Shown here: positions 49,142-60,378 of the stretch, one piece after another
How positions within the stretch are numbered: the first letter of the stretch is position 1
Layout: each line of letters opens with the position of its first letter
Assembly: GCF_038025025.1 (NCBI RefSeq)
Contig: NW_027117338.1
Location: 186,001 to 250,000 of the forward strand
Direction of reading: 5' to 3'
Length of the DNA: 64,000 nucleotides
Origin: Phyllosticta citribraziliensis
Lineage: Eukaryota
Position numbers and translations under genes: made by a program
The notes under the pieces: model-generated
Told to the model about the DNA's origin: nothing
The model's database searches: none
Seen by the model: only the letters and a program-made list of their open reading frames with translations

Positions 49142-50996
49142 CTACGGTTTGTCTCGACCTTCAACCGCACCCTCATCGTAAGAGCCCAGTCTTGAATCGC
49201 TTTCCTGGCTGATGACAATAGTGCGGTAAATGCCATCGCCATCGCCTCTCTCCAAGTCCTTGGCCGCGTGCCCCACATCCCCCATCTCAAACCCTCCACG
49301 ACCCCCGTCGTCGTCTTGCCCCTGCGTCGTCGGCGCCGTGTGCCACGCATGGCTGTGCGAGTTCGCGGGCTCGTCGAGAGTGCTCCCCACGCGCGTCCGC
49401 GACGACCGTGTTTGCGTTTCGTCGGTGCTTCGCTGGTTGTTTCGCCTCGAGAGCACGTTGGACCACTGCCACCGCGCCAGAAACGACGATAGCGGCGTCG
49501 ACGAGAAGACGTCGCGGATGGAGCCGCGGCTCCTGCGGCGAGCTGTCGGGGATGTCCGCCGCCGCGGCTTTTCGCCTGCTACGACGAGCGGAACTGATGA
49601 CGGTATCAGGCGCAGCAGAGATTGAAGCGCAGGCGCGCACGCTACCCATAGACCGCAGTGCGCTTCAAGGTTGGTCCAGATGGCGCCACGGAACACGTAG
49701 TGTCTGCATGCGAGTTAGTTCTCAGCAGCGAAGCAGTCGCGCGTCACTTTTCAATCATCAAAAGAGGTAAAGTTTGGGCAAGAAAGTCAAAGGGTGGCTG
49801 ATATTTCTGCAAAGCGCGGGGAAAGGGGGTCAAATTCCACATACGTTGCTTTCGCGTCATGCGGACGCACAATGTCTGGTTGCATTAGCAGCATAGATAT
49901 GGCCGCCTTAGACAGCCTGGACCCTTTCACTTACAAGCGAAACGGATTATACCAGCGATAATTGCGAAAATTCCTGAACTTGTGAGCATCTCGGGGGATA
50001 CTGATCGACGCGCCATGCCTACCGACTGCAAAGACGAAAGCTATCCTCATCAGGCGCACACTAAACATCATGTTCTGATGCAAGACCCATATAGGGGCAA
50101 GAAGCAGCGTTATGTCATAGAAGATTCCGAGAGCAGCTGCCACCAGGTTAGCAGACAAGTCATGGGGTGCCGAATCGAGACTTGCCGTGGACGTTGAAAA
50201 TTTGTTTCTCATGATACTTTCTTATGCAATTGATCCCAGGGTGTTTGTCGAGCCAAAGCGCCCTGCTTAGAGTCAGACAGAGGGTTGCAGAGAGACAGTC
50301 AGAGCAGATACTTGATAGGGTGACACTGGAAGATAAAGGCGAAGAAAGATCCGACCGTTGTCAGCGTAATGGCGACAGCCAGCAGATATACGAGGATGAG
50401 AAATCGCCCTTGGAAAAAGGTCAGCGGGTCCTTCTGGTAACGATGATGGATAGGGACAGACAAGCCTACTTTCTCGGCTCAATCGAGGCAAAAAGGCGGC
50501 AATGGACAGCCGTATTAATCCACTGGCGATGAAGTACAATAACAGTCCTGACGGGATGACCTATGGCTGTGTCAGACTTCTGGCATGAGAAGGCGCTTGG
50601 GCATCTTGCCTTTTTGTAAGTGTGCTTGCTCGCTGGCGAGACCTGATCTTTTCGTCGTCCGGAGCCATAGAAGGTCCCTGTCGTTTATTCAGCAAAGCTT
50701 CCTCAGCCATGACACTTGGACAAAAGAATTGAGAGATTCACCAGTAAAGTCACAAGCCGTAAAGCCAAGGAGGAATATCTACAGGAGTACATGGTCAGCA
50801 AAAAGAGGGCACGCGATAAACTTTTGGACCGGATCAGACTTGCCCACCCGACAATGGCCAGCGCATCATCTAGGCCGTGGATGCGCAGCAGAAAGTAGCG
50901 CGCGTAGATTCGACACACCATCATGAAGCACGACAGCGTGGCCAATGAAATGAGCAACTCCCGCAACACGGTAGGCCCGTCGTCGGAGTCCGCCAT
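49142..50996 (-). CDS. PTH11-like (fungal rhodopsin-domain) integral membrane protein without CFEM
   Basis: 10 exons totalling 1269 nt (422 aa): RIYAR..GLDD, YGSG, RLSI..FLPRL, FQCHPI..W, YD..LLAPIW, WTNLEAHCGLWVACAP, then a disordered tail. Confidence 0.87.
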
Positions 50997-52272
50997 GATG
51001 GGTGGGTGGGTGGTGGCCGGCGGCTCCTAGCTGCTCACGATGCGTGTGACGTCGTGCCGTTCAATTTCCGTCTCAAAAAGGCGAGGGAGGGAGGGATCCT
51101 TCGTCCCTTGTTTTGGTCACCGGGCTCCGCTCAAGAGCTGCGCTGCTGTGGGGTGAGCAGTCAGGCAGAGAGTTAGTTGTGGGGCGAACACACACACACA
51201 CAACTGGGGCCAGGAGGGGGGTCGTAGGGCTGATTGCTCCTGCTTCGGCCGATGATGGCCCAAATACCTTGCTGGTACTTTTGGGTGGATTGCGTCCGCA
51301 GCGGGTGTGAGGGCCGCTGCCCGTGGACGTCGTCTCGTTTGGCTGTCATACGGATGAAAAATGGAGCGGAGGAAAGTTTGCACAGATTAAGCTTTTCGTC
51401 TCTGGTCGAGATGCCCGCTCCGGTACGGGACTGTTACCTTGCCGTGCCTGTCCAGACCGATCGTTTCGCTTTCGTATTGGTGTTTGGTGGCTTGTCCCTG
51501 TCTTTGACTGCTTGTTGTGGACTCTAGGGCGTTAAGAGGTTGTTGTGATGCAACTTCTGAAGTCTTCCCCTGAAACGAGAACGGCTCCAGACAATCGACT
51601 TCTCACCAACACGCGCACCATCTCACATCCTGAACCAGATTGGCATTGTCAGAAACAGAAGGGAATGCATGGACTAGCATCCAGGAACTGCCTGCTTGGG
51701 TTAGTGGAGAGAAAGCCGAGATGTCGAACGTGGGGGAGACGGCACAACGAGCCTCAACAGTCGATACCAGTGCTGCAACCACACGCGGATTAGAAGCATC
51801 CACGCTTCTCAACTGCAAGGAGCCTCCAGACACACTAGAAGACCAGTAATGAACGGGCGCATGTAGCAGTAATCGACGGTACGCTCTTCGAACAGTGCAG
51901 TAGGAGCTCCGTGAGCCACGACTTTCGACACGCCTCAATCAAGAGTTTGCAGAACCTTGGTGCAGCCGGTTGAATGCTTTATCGCCAGATGAAAGCCAGA
52001 ACAGATCGCAGATGCCCGTGCGACCATTCATACCTTCTGCCCAGCGCGCAAACAACTCCGCGCACACTGACTAAGTTAACAAGCAGGGATTCAACGACAA
52101 CTACAAAACCATGACTCGCACCCAGAATTTGATCAAGCTTGCTCAAGCTTATAGTATGCTTATGCTAGGATACAGGTTTTTGCAAAAGCCATGCCGCGTA
52201 GAAATCAGTCGCTGAATTGACAGATGCGATGGGTTGCAGTGAGTGGAAGCAACCCTGCCATCCAGACTCCCC

Positions 52273-55200
52273 TTAAATGATGACGACTTCGTCCTTTTCC
52301 CCTGGAAACACCACGTCTCTTGCCCTCCTCGTGGGCCGGTCAAAGTCCTGTGGAGCCTCCCCGTCCAGCCCTACATCCAGTCCCGCATCCACCGCGATAC
52401 CGCACGCTTCGCAAGCGGCCCATAGCGCTTCGACCGCCTGGACGACTTCTTGCTTCCCCTTTGCAACGCTGCACGTAGACACGTGGACCTCTCTGCGATT
52501 GCCACCCCGCGTGAAGACGTAGACGTCTTGCCTTTCCTCGTCGGCGTCGAGGCTCGCTTGCCCTTGTTGCACGGTGGCAGAAGAAGAGACGCGGGTCCAC
52601 TCGCCCCCTTCAAGGCTCTCTTTGACTTCTCTCTCGCAGAAGACGCGGATGTCGGAGAGCAGGCGGGCTTCCCGCTGTTGGCGATCCTGTTCGTCCTGCT
52701 CTGTGGCTGCATCTCCGTGTCCATCTGGGAGACGCACACTTAGCCCAGCGTCATCGACGTGTGGGTCCAGGTCGAGATCTGGAATTCCGGCGTTGATTTG
52801 GTCGGCTCCAAGTATGAGGGACGAAATCCAGAGAGCGCACTTCCTGATATTCAATATCTTTTCGACGAGGTTGGCGCCTTGACTTGATCTTGTGCGCAGC
52901 GCAATGTACGTGGCCGCCGGTACTGATGCTTGCGCAACACGCAAAAGAAGAGCGACGGTGCGTAGCACATGTGGCAACCTCAGCAGGTGTGGTTGGGTAG
53001 TGAGGAGCTTCAAAGGGCCAGCAAGCAGAGCGTCAAGAGCGACGGCGAGCATTGCAGTAGTGACAGAGCAGGATCGCGGATCAGTGGCCGAAAAAGACAT
53101 TGGGAGGTCGACGAGGAAAAGAGATGTTGCCTCGAGAATGGGGGCAGAGAAGAGAAACGACGAAATGAGGCCGTTTGACGAGATGCTCTGCGTGATGTAG
53201 GCCGAAAAAATGGCGCGAAGGAGTACGTGGCGGAGAGTTGGAATGTACAAAGGCTGCAGCGTGGTTGTTGGGCCATGTTCAAAAGTATTCGACACCGCAA
53301 CATGGAGTTGCGACACTAGATACGGTTGTTGAGAATCAAAAGCCGCGCGCTCGGTGACCGTTTTGACAAACGTCACGAGTTGCTTCAGTGTCCGCGGAGT
53401 AGACAGCTTAGGCGCGTAGGACTTGAGACGCCCGACGACGTATGTAGGGTCTGTTGCAGGCAGCGGAAAGGCGGACGAATCGGTGAAGAACTTGTCGATG
53501 GGGTGGATTTCCGAAATGTACTGTTGGAGAAATTCGACCACGGATTGGACGAAAGCAACGTATGACCCCTTGACAGAAGTCTCTTGCTGGATCTCTTGAT
53601 AATTCCTCTTCATGGCATTCATGAATTGCTTCAAGAAGTGGCCAAGCTCTCGACGCAACCCAGGGAGGTCGCCGTGACCCGTTTGCATCGCTTCGTCGTA
53701 CATGTCGCGCATGTTGGACAGGATCATGGAGATCAGACTAAGACGTCTCTCCCTAAACTCGGACAACTTGATGTCGACGTGACCTCTCGAGTTTTCCAAG
53801 AAGGGAAGATTTTGAAGAAGAGGATGGCTCGGATCCGCACTGAGCAAAGCCGAAGTAAAGCGGTGCTGGAACTTCAGCATCGACTCGCGCTCTACCAGAC
53901 ACAGCATCCAACTCGTCAAAAAGTCTTGCTTGTGCTGCTCGTAGCTCGTCGAGTTTTGCTCCATCACCAGTGCCATGAAGTAAGGCCCATACTTCCGCGT
54001 TTGCTCGGTGTCTTGCAATTGTCGCCACGAGTTCGTGCCATACGCATCCAGGTAGTTATCCCATTCCTTTTTACCAACTCTGACCGACCGGCCAGCGAGC
54101 CTCGTCCAAGCCTCGACTGACTTGGTTAGGAGCCTATCATCAGGAGGCACGTCTGCGCCAAAGCAAGTCGACAACAATTGCCACAGCGAGTCCTGTAGGA
54201 AGTCAATGGAGGAGCCGCTTGGTCTCGCAGCTTGCCGTGGGACCAGCTCTTCATCCTCCAAGTCGGGCCACTCCCCGTAGTCTTGACTATCCTCAGTGTG
54301 TTGGCTTTCTCCGGAAGTCTCTTTCTCTTTGTCTTGGACAATCTGCATGAAAGCCTGAAAAACCTCCACAACCTCAACCATCAGTGAGATGACGTCGACG
54401 CTTTTGGCGTCAAACAGCTTGAACACATCCCAAACCGCGGAATCTTGAAGGAATGCGGTAGCGATTTCAACATCATGCGCAGCCGAAATGGCCAACTTCA
54501 GGCCGACAACAGCGTCCAGTACCGTTGCCAGAATCTGGGATTGGTTGGTCTTGATGGTCATTTGCAACTGTTGAGGTGTGATATGGTCGTGTCCTTGGAA
54601 CTTCATAGCTTCGTACTGAGCCTCGGCCTCGGACCTGGCCAGTCTGTGTTGAGCCAAATTCTGCGAGACGATGTCTCTGAACCACTCGGAGAAGGGTTCA
54701 AGGGCAGTGGTCCCTTCGTCGGTAGAAATTTGGAATTTAGCCAACACAGACCAGGCTTTGACGCTGAGTCTGCAAACTTCTCGGTGCGATCCAGTTTGGT
54801 CCACGAGGTTGCGAAGAAAAGTCAGGCCGGCTCGGGACTTTGGAGGAGATGCCCAATAAAGCGTACAGAGTAGGTCGTGTTGATTGCGGAGGCCCTCTAG
54901 ATCTTGCTGATGCAACGCTTCTTCTTTGCGATAGCTGCGTCTGTGGTTCGGGACCAGACGCCAAGAAACGTTACGAATCTGCCTTTCGTTGTAGACACCT
55001 CGCAGTGCCTTCAAACCAACGGCCAAGGTCTTGAGGAAGACGTGAAACGTCCTGTCGTCTGGCTGAATGACAAGAGACGGGTGTTGGTTCAGCATCTGGA
55101 GAAACTTTGCGGAGCCTTTGCTGTCTTCGTTTTGCAGGTTGTTGAAGCCTCGGTGCGAGAAAAAGTCAAAGACGGTCGTCAGCGCTGGCTCGCATCGCTT

Positions 55201-58200
55201 CCAGTTCCAGTTCTGAACCAAACAATGACACCGGCAGAGACAGGAGCGAATGTACCCATTCAAAAATACTCCAGGCTTTTGTGATGTGGCAGAATACAGC
55301 TTCAGTACTCGACTCAGCAAAGGCATGCCAAGAGACCAGTCTCCCTGAACAGCTTGGTACCGGCGACCAGCCCGGAGGACACCGATCGTGTCGAACTCAA
55401 GATACGGAAGAAGAGTGAAGATGTCGTACCATGTGCGCTCAAACGTCGCGATATGCCGAGAACTTGGGACAGGCGGCAGCAACTCTTCTCGAACAAGATC
55501 CCAGAATGAAAACTGCGGGACCTTGGCCAACTCCAGGACGTGTACACAAACCACGACAATTTCAATGGCCAATTCATCCTCGTGAATGCCGCGCTCCCGA
55601 ATCAGATGGCGACGATTGTCATCAAGATATCTCCGGAGGTCAATCATGCCATGCTTCAAGACAGACTTCAGCAGTGAACTCGTGACGCTCTTGAAGACTA
55701 GCTCCAGGTCGTTCTTGATGGTATTGTCGATGGTCGTGTTGTTTGCAATCTGTAAAGTCTGAGATGCGACCAGGTTCAAGAACATGGTCGCCCGGATTGC
55801 AACTGATTGAGCGTTTTGGCCTGAAAAAGAATTCCTGGGGGTTGCCATATCGGGGAGAAACTTCGTAGAAGCCATCTCAAGGAGATTGAACATGTGTAGA
55901 ACGAAGGAGCGGCGATCAACGGGATCAAGGAAATGAAGATGCACCGAGACGTATCGCAAGACGCTCCTCAGCAGACACAGACAGTCAACGACAGACGAAA
56001 CATCCTCTTGTGATGCGTCCGCCCCAGGGCTTGTATGTTGACTGTGGCGGGCGATGACAGTGGACCACAAAGAGCTGAGTTCAGATGCCACCTCATCAGT
56101 CCACGCACTCCATCGAAATGTCTTGTTGCCGAGACTGAATACGTGCACCTTGGTTGGAATGTTCATGTCGCGATCTTTGACATCAAGGGCTGCTTTCAAC
56201 TCTCCCCCGCCGATGAAGGTACTCTCATGAAAGAAAGTGCCCATTGATAGAGGAAGGACGTCAAAGTCTGTTGTATATCGAGTCCCATAAGGCCCCAGGC
56301 CCTCAAGACAGTCCAATTTCGCCTGTTCGGTTTCTATCGGAATCGGAATCGGCTGCTCATCAGGATACTCAGGTAAAGGTTCACTGGGCTGTCGGTATTC
56401 TCGTGCTTCAGTGTCCACCCGCTGAGCTGGTCGTTTGACACGTCCTTTGCGAGGTGGGCGCACTGGCGCTTGGGGCTCCCGCTCAGAGTCGGCACGAACA
56501 TGATTTGGTTCTTGCTCTCTTTCTAAGCGGCCCTGGCCTACTGGCAAGGGTGCCACCTCGTCTTTATCCTCCAAGAATTTCGAAAGCTGGGGGTTGGTTA
56601 CGGTAGTCCCACTGCGCAAATTGTCGACAAAACATCGATTGAGGGTGGATAGCTTCTTCTTGAAAGCTGCCGTTCGGTGGCGCCGGTCGTAGTCATCTTC
56701 AAGACCTTCTAGTTGAGCAGTCCGGTAGTCTGGTTGCTTCAGGCCCTGCTTTGACGTCCGAGGATGCCCGCCTGTGCGCCTTTGAGCATCCTGGTTGCGA
56801 TCGGTAGCCGCCCCTGGTTTGGTCAAGGACTGAACACGTTTAAGCTGCATCTGTCGCAATGCTTTCTTGGGCCTCTGTCGCAGAGAATCACTCCCATCGT
56901 CGACCGGGACTCCGTGTTCTCTTGGCCCATTGTGCACCTTCTCTGGTCCTGGCAATAGTTGTTGAAACGTCTCTCGTCCCGCGTTGTCCGAAACTTCGGG
57001 ACGGTTGGATTTCGGTTTGCGAACATCAGCTTGTGCAGAGGGACGAATCGTTCCCGCTCGCCATTCTCGCAAGACACCATTTGCGTCTTCTGTGTCTGCA
57101 GCCGTCTGCAATCTAATGTGTTTCAACTTTGGACTTCGTCTTCCCTTGTCCGCTCGATGGCGCACTGAACGTGCAGCGACGCGGATAAACGCGGGCAGCT
57201 CCTCCGACCTGGAAGTTTGAAAGACAGGCGCATCCAGAACGCTCAAACGGGGAGCCTTTGGCCTTCCAGGATGTGTGTTCCTCGTCTGGTTAGGACGACT
57301 GCCCTTGTTTCCCGAAGAAGCACGCGGCACTCCTACGCGTGGGGAAGCCTCGGACTTGTCAAGTCGCATTCTTTTGCGCGAGTGCAAAGTGTCTGTGAGT
57401 CTTGTCTGCTTTTTGCGTTTTGGTTTGTCGATCGTTCGATTTCGCGAGCCAGACGGCAACATGGGATCAACCCAATCATGCTCTGGTGCTTCAAAACCCC
57501 CCTGGGAGATCATACTGTCATCAAGATCCATGTCCAGCTCGGATTCCTCTTGTGCAACCGGAGGCGGGGCTTCCGCAACGGGCATGTCGGCTCCTGAGTC
57601 GTCGGAAAACAAATCTGAATGCCGTGGTTGCTCTGCATGGCCGGAGGACTCTCTTGATGTCGAGGTTGGTCGACGGTGATTTGAGCGTACGCTTGTCACG
57701 GTGACGCCAGTGCGCACGCTCGGTGTCCTGGAGAGCACTGAGTTCCTCCTCGCGCGAGGGATGACATTTGCGGGCTGGTCTCTTTGCCGCTCCTTCTCGG
57801 CTTGAGCCTGATAGTCCAGTCTCAACCAAGAAGCTGGTAGGACACCTTTGATTCGCTTCTGCAGATGGCGGAATTGAGATTTGATGGTTTCGTCGGAATC
57901 ATTCTCAGAATCTGAAGATACTAAATTGACGGCTGAATTGTGGCTAGGGCGTCTTGGGCGCCTCTGGGGCGAATCGTCCTCCGAGTCTGACCGCACAACT
58001 CTTCTTCGGATCGGCTTTCGCGACGAGGACAGGTCCGGGGTTGGTGGCTGCTCTGGACTCAACGACGGCAGTAAACGAAGATGACGATCCCGAGCCTGAG
58101 GCTCAACCGGCACAGGCGGTGTTCGGGACGGCGGTGGCGATGGAGGAATGTCAAGGATGTGTAGCTCTGGTCTTCGAGCAGGTCGAAGCTGTTCGGGGCG

Positions 58201-59475
58201 GCTGGTCGGGTTTTTCTTTGAATATGTCTGTCCTGTTTTTCGACGCTTGGCACCCTGCTGGATTGCGCCAGGATGCTTTCGTTGAATCAAAACGGAGAGA
58301 TCGGGAAATTCATCGCTATCGCTCAAAGCATCATTGTGTTCTTCGGATACCGGCAGTTCATCGTGCGGAAGGGTAGTTGGGATATTCGGCGGAGGCGAGG
58401 ATGGCAGAGGTGTTTGTGAGCTGTTTTGAAATTCGCTAGACTGGGTGTTATCGACCACAAATTCTCTTTCCTGAGTTGTGAGGCCCTCGTTCCCATGGTT
58501 TTGATCGTGCTGTCTGGCATGTTGAGCCGCGACCTTGACGGGCTTGAGGCCTCTTGCTCGAAGAGATTGTCTGTACTTTTCGTTTTCCAACAAGTAGGGG
58601 TGCAGTTGGATAGGATTCCGCTTCCGCAAAGCTCTTCCAATTCGTGCCAACTCCACATCGTCCATGTTTTCCACCTCCGGAGAAATCGATACGGGCCTTT
58701 CCATTCTTGGAATAACGACCGAGACTCGAGGCAGTGCGCTGGGTTGTGTCCCTTGACCTCCATCTTCGACGCTGTCTTCGATATTTGTTCTTAACTCTGG
58801 TGGAGATGACGGAATCTCGGAGGGTGGAGGCTGATATCTCTCCTGCGCCGGCAGCGACGATGATATTTGTCCTTGGGTAGATTGTCTAGGCCAGTCATCT
58901 TGCAATTCATCGTGGTCGTTGGCCATCTCTGCGGGTGAATCAGCCCGAAAGACTGGTCCACTACTAGAGCCACTGGCTGGAAGTTTTTGGGAGGCATTCC
59001 GCGGTGTACCAGGCGCCGAGGAGCGATTCTGCGTCCCAACTCCATTTTCCGTTCTTGTAATTCCTTCCTCCGAGATATGAGACCGATGCTGGCTTGAAGC
59101 TATGTTTCGGGCGGTGGTCGATCCATCGAAATCGTCTTGACGTGTCCTTGAAGTCTGACTGCCTCGATCACCCTGTGCTGACTGGACTTGCGATGTGGAG
59201 GGCGGATTGAAGGCCCTTGCGCTTGGATTGACGAAATGCCGTGCAGCGGTCTTCGGGTCTTCCTGAGCAAGCTCATCTTCGCTGCTTTCCTCTCTCTCAC
59301 GAGGATATTTGTGCTGGAATATTCGATGAGGTACGTGGAAATTGGCATGTTCCGTATTCCCTTCGCCGATGGGATTCGATCGCTTCGCGTCGGGACCGGC
59401 GTGGAGTTCTTGTGAGTCGTATTCGTCCTCTTCATCCGAGTCCTGGACATAACCTCTGGTGCGCCATTGGGACAT
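52273..59475 (-). CDS. MMS22: Mus7/Mms22 replication-fork repair protein
   Basis: 2400-aa intronless ORF: WRTRGYVQDSDEE, LRKRNPIQLHPY, IKGVLPASWLRLD, GTFFHESTFIG, HDLLCTLYW, DPTYVVGRL. Confidence 0.88.
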   Translation of the reverse strand: MSQWRTRGYVQDSDEEDEYDSQELHAGPDAKRSNPIGEGNTEHANFHVPHRIFQHKYPREREESSEDELAQEDPKTAARHFVNPSARAFNPPSTSQVQSAQGDRGSQTSRTRQDDFDGSTTARNIASSQHRSHISEEGITRTENGVGTQNRSSAPGTPRNASQKLPASGSSSGPVFRADSPAEMANDHDELQDDWPRQSTQGQISSSLPAQERYQPPPSEIPSSPPELRTNIEDSVEDGGQGTQPSALPRVSVVIPRMERPVSISPEVENMDDVELARIGRALRKRNPIQLHPYLLENEKYRQSLRARGLKPVKVAAQHARQHDQNHGNEGLTTQEREFVVDNTQSSEFQNSSQTPLPSSPPPNIPTTLPHDELPVSEEHNDALSDSDEFPDLSVLIQRKHPGAIQQGAKRRKTGQTYSKKNPTSRPEQLRPARRPELHILDIPPSPPPSRTPPVPVEPQARDRHLRLLPSLSPEQPPTPDLSSSRKPIRRRVVRSDSEDDSPQRRPRRPSHNSAVNLVSSDSENDSDETIKSQFRHLQKRIKGVLPASWLRLDYQAQAEKERQRDQPANVIPRARRNSVLSRTPSVRTGVTVTSVRSNHRRPTSTSRESSGHAEQPRHSDLFSDDSGADMPVAEAPPPVAQEESELDMDLDDSMISQGGFEAPEHDWVDPMLPSGSRNRTIDKPKRKKQTRLTDTLHSRKRMRLDKSEASPRVGVPRASSGNKGSRPNQTRNTHPGRPKAPRLSVLDAPVFQTSRSEELPAFIRVAARSVRHRADKGRRSPKLKHIRLQTAADTEDANGVLREWRAGTIRPSAQADVRKPKSNRPEVSDNAGRETFQQLLPGPEKVHNGPREHGVPVDDGSDSLRQRPKKALRQMQLKRVQSLTKPGAATDRNQDAQRRTGGHPRTSKQGLKQPDYRTAQLEGLEDDYDRRHRTAAFKKKLSTLNRCFVDNLRSGTTVTNPQLSKFLEDKDEVAPLPVGQGRLEREQEPNHVRADSEREPQAPVRPPRKGRVKRPAQRVDTEAREYRQPSEPLPEYPDEQPIPIPIETEQAKLDCLEGLGPYGTRYTTDFDVLPLSMGTFFHESTFIGGGELKAALDVKDRDMNIPTKVHVFSLGNKTFRWSAWTDEVASELSSLWSTVIARHSQHTSPGADASQEDVSSVVDCLCLLRSVLRYVSVHLHFLDPVDRRSFVLHMFNLLEMASTKFLPDMATPRNSFSGQNAQSVAIRATMFLNLVASQTLQIANNTTIDNTIKNDLELVFKSVTSSLLKSVLKHGMIDLRRYLDDNRRHLIRERGIHEDELAIEIVVVCVHVLELAKVPQFSFWDLVREELLPPVPSSRHIATFERTWYDIFTLLPYLEFDTIGVLRAGRRYQAVQGDWSLGMPLLSRVLKLYSATSQKPGVFLNGYIRSCLCRCHCLVQNWNWKRCEPALTTVFDFFSHRGFNNLQNEDSKGSAKFLQMLNQHPSLVIQPDDRTFHVFLKTLAVGLKALRGVYNERQIRNVSWRLVPNHRRSYRKEEALHQQDLEGLRNQHDLLCTLYWASPPKSRAGLTFLRNLVDQTGSHREVCRLSVKAWSVLAKFQISTDEGTTALEPFSEWFRDIVSQNLAQHRLARSEAEAQYEAMKFQGHDHITPQQLQMTIKTNQSQILATVLDAVVGLKLAISAAHDVEIATAFLQDSAVWDVFKLFDAKSVDVISLMVEVVEVFQAFMQIVQDKEKETSGESQHTEDSQDYGEWPDLEDEELVPRQAARPSGSSIDFLQDSLWQLLSTCFGADVPPDDRLLTKSVEAWTRLAGRSVRVGKKEWDNYLDAYGTNSWRQLQDTEQTRKYGPYFMALVMEQNSTSYEQHKQDFLTSWMLCLVERESMLKFQHRFTSALLSADPSHPLLQNLPFLENSRGHVDIKLSEFRERRLSLISMILSNMRDMYDEAMQTGHGDLPGLRRELGHFLKQFMNAMKRNYQEIQQETSVKGSYVAFVQSVVEFLQQYISEIHPIDKFFTDSSAFPLPATDPTYVVGRLKSYAPKLSTPRTLKQLVTFVKTVTERAAFDSQQPYLVSQLHVAVSNTFEHGPTTTLQPLYIPTLRHVLLRAIFSAYITQSISSNGLISSFLFSAPILEATSLFLVDLPMSFSATDPRSCSVTTAMLAVALDALLAGPLKLLTTQPHLLRLPHVLRTVALLLRVAQASVPAATYIALRTRSSQGANLVEKILNIRKCALWISSLILGADQINAGIPDLDLDPHVDDAGLSVRLPDGHGDAATEQDEQDRQQREARLLSDIRVFCEREVKESLEGGEWTRVSSSATVQQGQASLDADEERQDVYVFTRGGNRREVHVSTCSVAKGKQEVVQAVEALWAACEACGIAVDAGLDVGLDGEAPQDFDRPTRRARDVVFPGEKDEVVII

Positions 59476-59555
59476 TGAGAGCTTTTGACATAGCGGTGCG
59501 AGTCGGCAGAAATGCTGTATGAGAATGCCTGCAGTGTTGTTGGTCGACCGGGGCG

Positions 59556-59568
59556 ACGCGCGACGCGT
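59556..59568. promoter_or_regulatory. Tandem MCB (MluI cell-cycle box) elements
   Basis: ACGCG-CG-ACGCGT about 80-90 nt upstream of the MMS22 ATG. Confidence 0.6.
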
Positions 59569-59719
59569 CGAGGCTAATCCGCCGCTAAGCGCGTTGCCGA
59601 TTTCTGGATTACTAAGCGCTTAAACCAGCTCGCCTCCGGACTCGCAGCAGGACTCCTGCATCCTCAATCGGGTTGTTCTGCATCTACCCTCATTTCAATC
59701 ACCAATCGATTCTGAAATT

Positions 59720-60033
59720 ATGTCGGCTAGGGCTAACCTGCAAGGGCTTGTTGTTGCGACCGTCGTGGGCATCGTATCTGGTATTGTAGTCTGAAATGCA
59801 TTTTGAAGGACAGAACTGATGGCATTAGGTGTGTACATTTGGAAGCCACTTCTGGAACAGCAAAAATTGGACAGAGAGTTCAAGGGAAAGCAGTACGTTT
59901 GGCAATGTGCATGTTTTCCCAAGCTCGAATAACATTGTGTAGCGGAGAGGAAGCATCCAAGATTCTGAATGACGCAACTACCAAAACCGCTACAAAAAGC
60001 CCTGAGAATGCCGATGGCAAAGGCCAGTCCTAG
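59720..60033 (+). CDS. 71-aa single-TM microprotein, PIGBOS1-like
   Basis: Exons 59720-59780, 59829-59892, 59943-60033 with GT-AG introns: MSARANLQGLVVATVVGIVSGVYIWKPLLEQQKLDREFKGKH... Confidence 0.72.
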
Positions 60034-60378
60034 CTGGTTAGTCGCGGGCTATATTCCTCAGAAGCGGACGTCAAGCATCATTGAATCCCGGGAGTCAAAG
60101 ACGACGAATCGTAAAAATCCATAGAGGCGCCTCTGATGCAGATTTTCTGGCGAAGCGCTATCCTTCATAACAAGCTCTAGCATTGAGAAAGGCTTGGTCT
60201 CAAAGTAGAAATCGAGCAGTCAAAACATCAATCAGGCGGCGATGGCTACTGTGGTTGCACAAGAGGCCGCCGCTTAGACTCGCGGCACAACTATAAAGAC
60301 CCGCCCCATCACAGCAACTTCTGCTCTCCATTACAAATACTCAGTAATTTCAATCAGCATTTCATAAACTCTTCTACC

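Noticed and set aside
51000..52270. Short ORFs between the PTH11-like gene and MMS22
   Set aside because: No motif and no credible start or splice structure.
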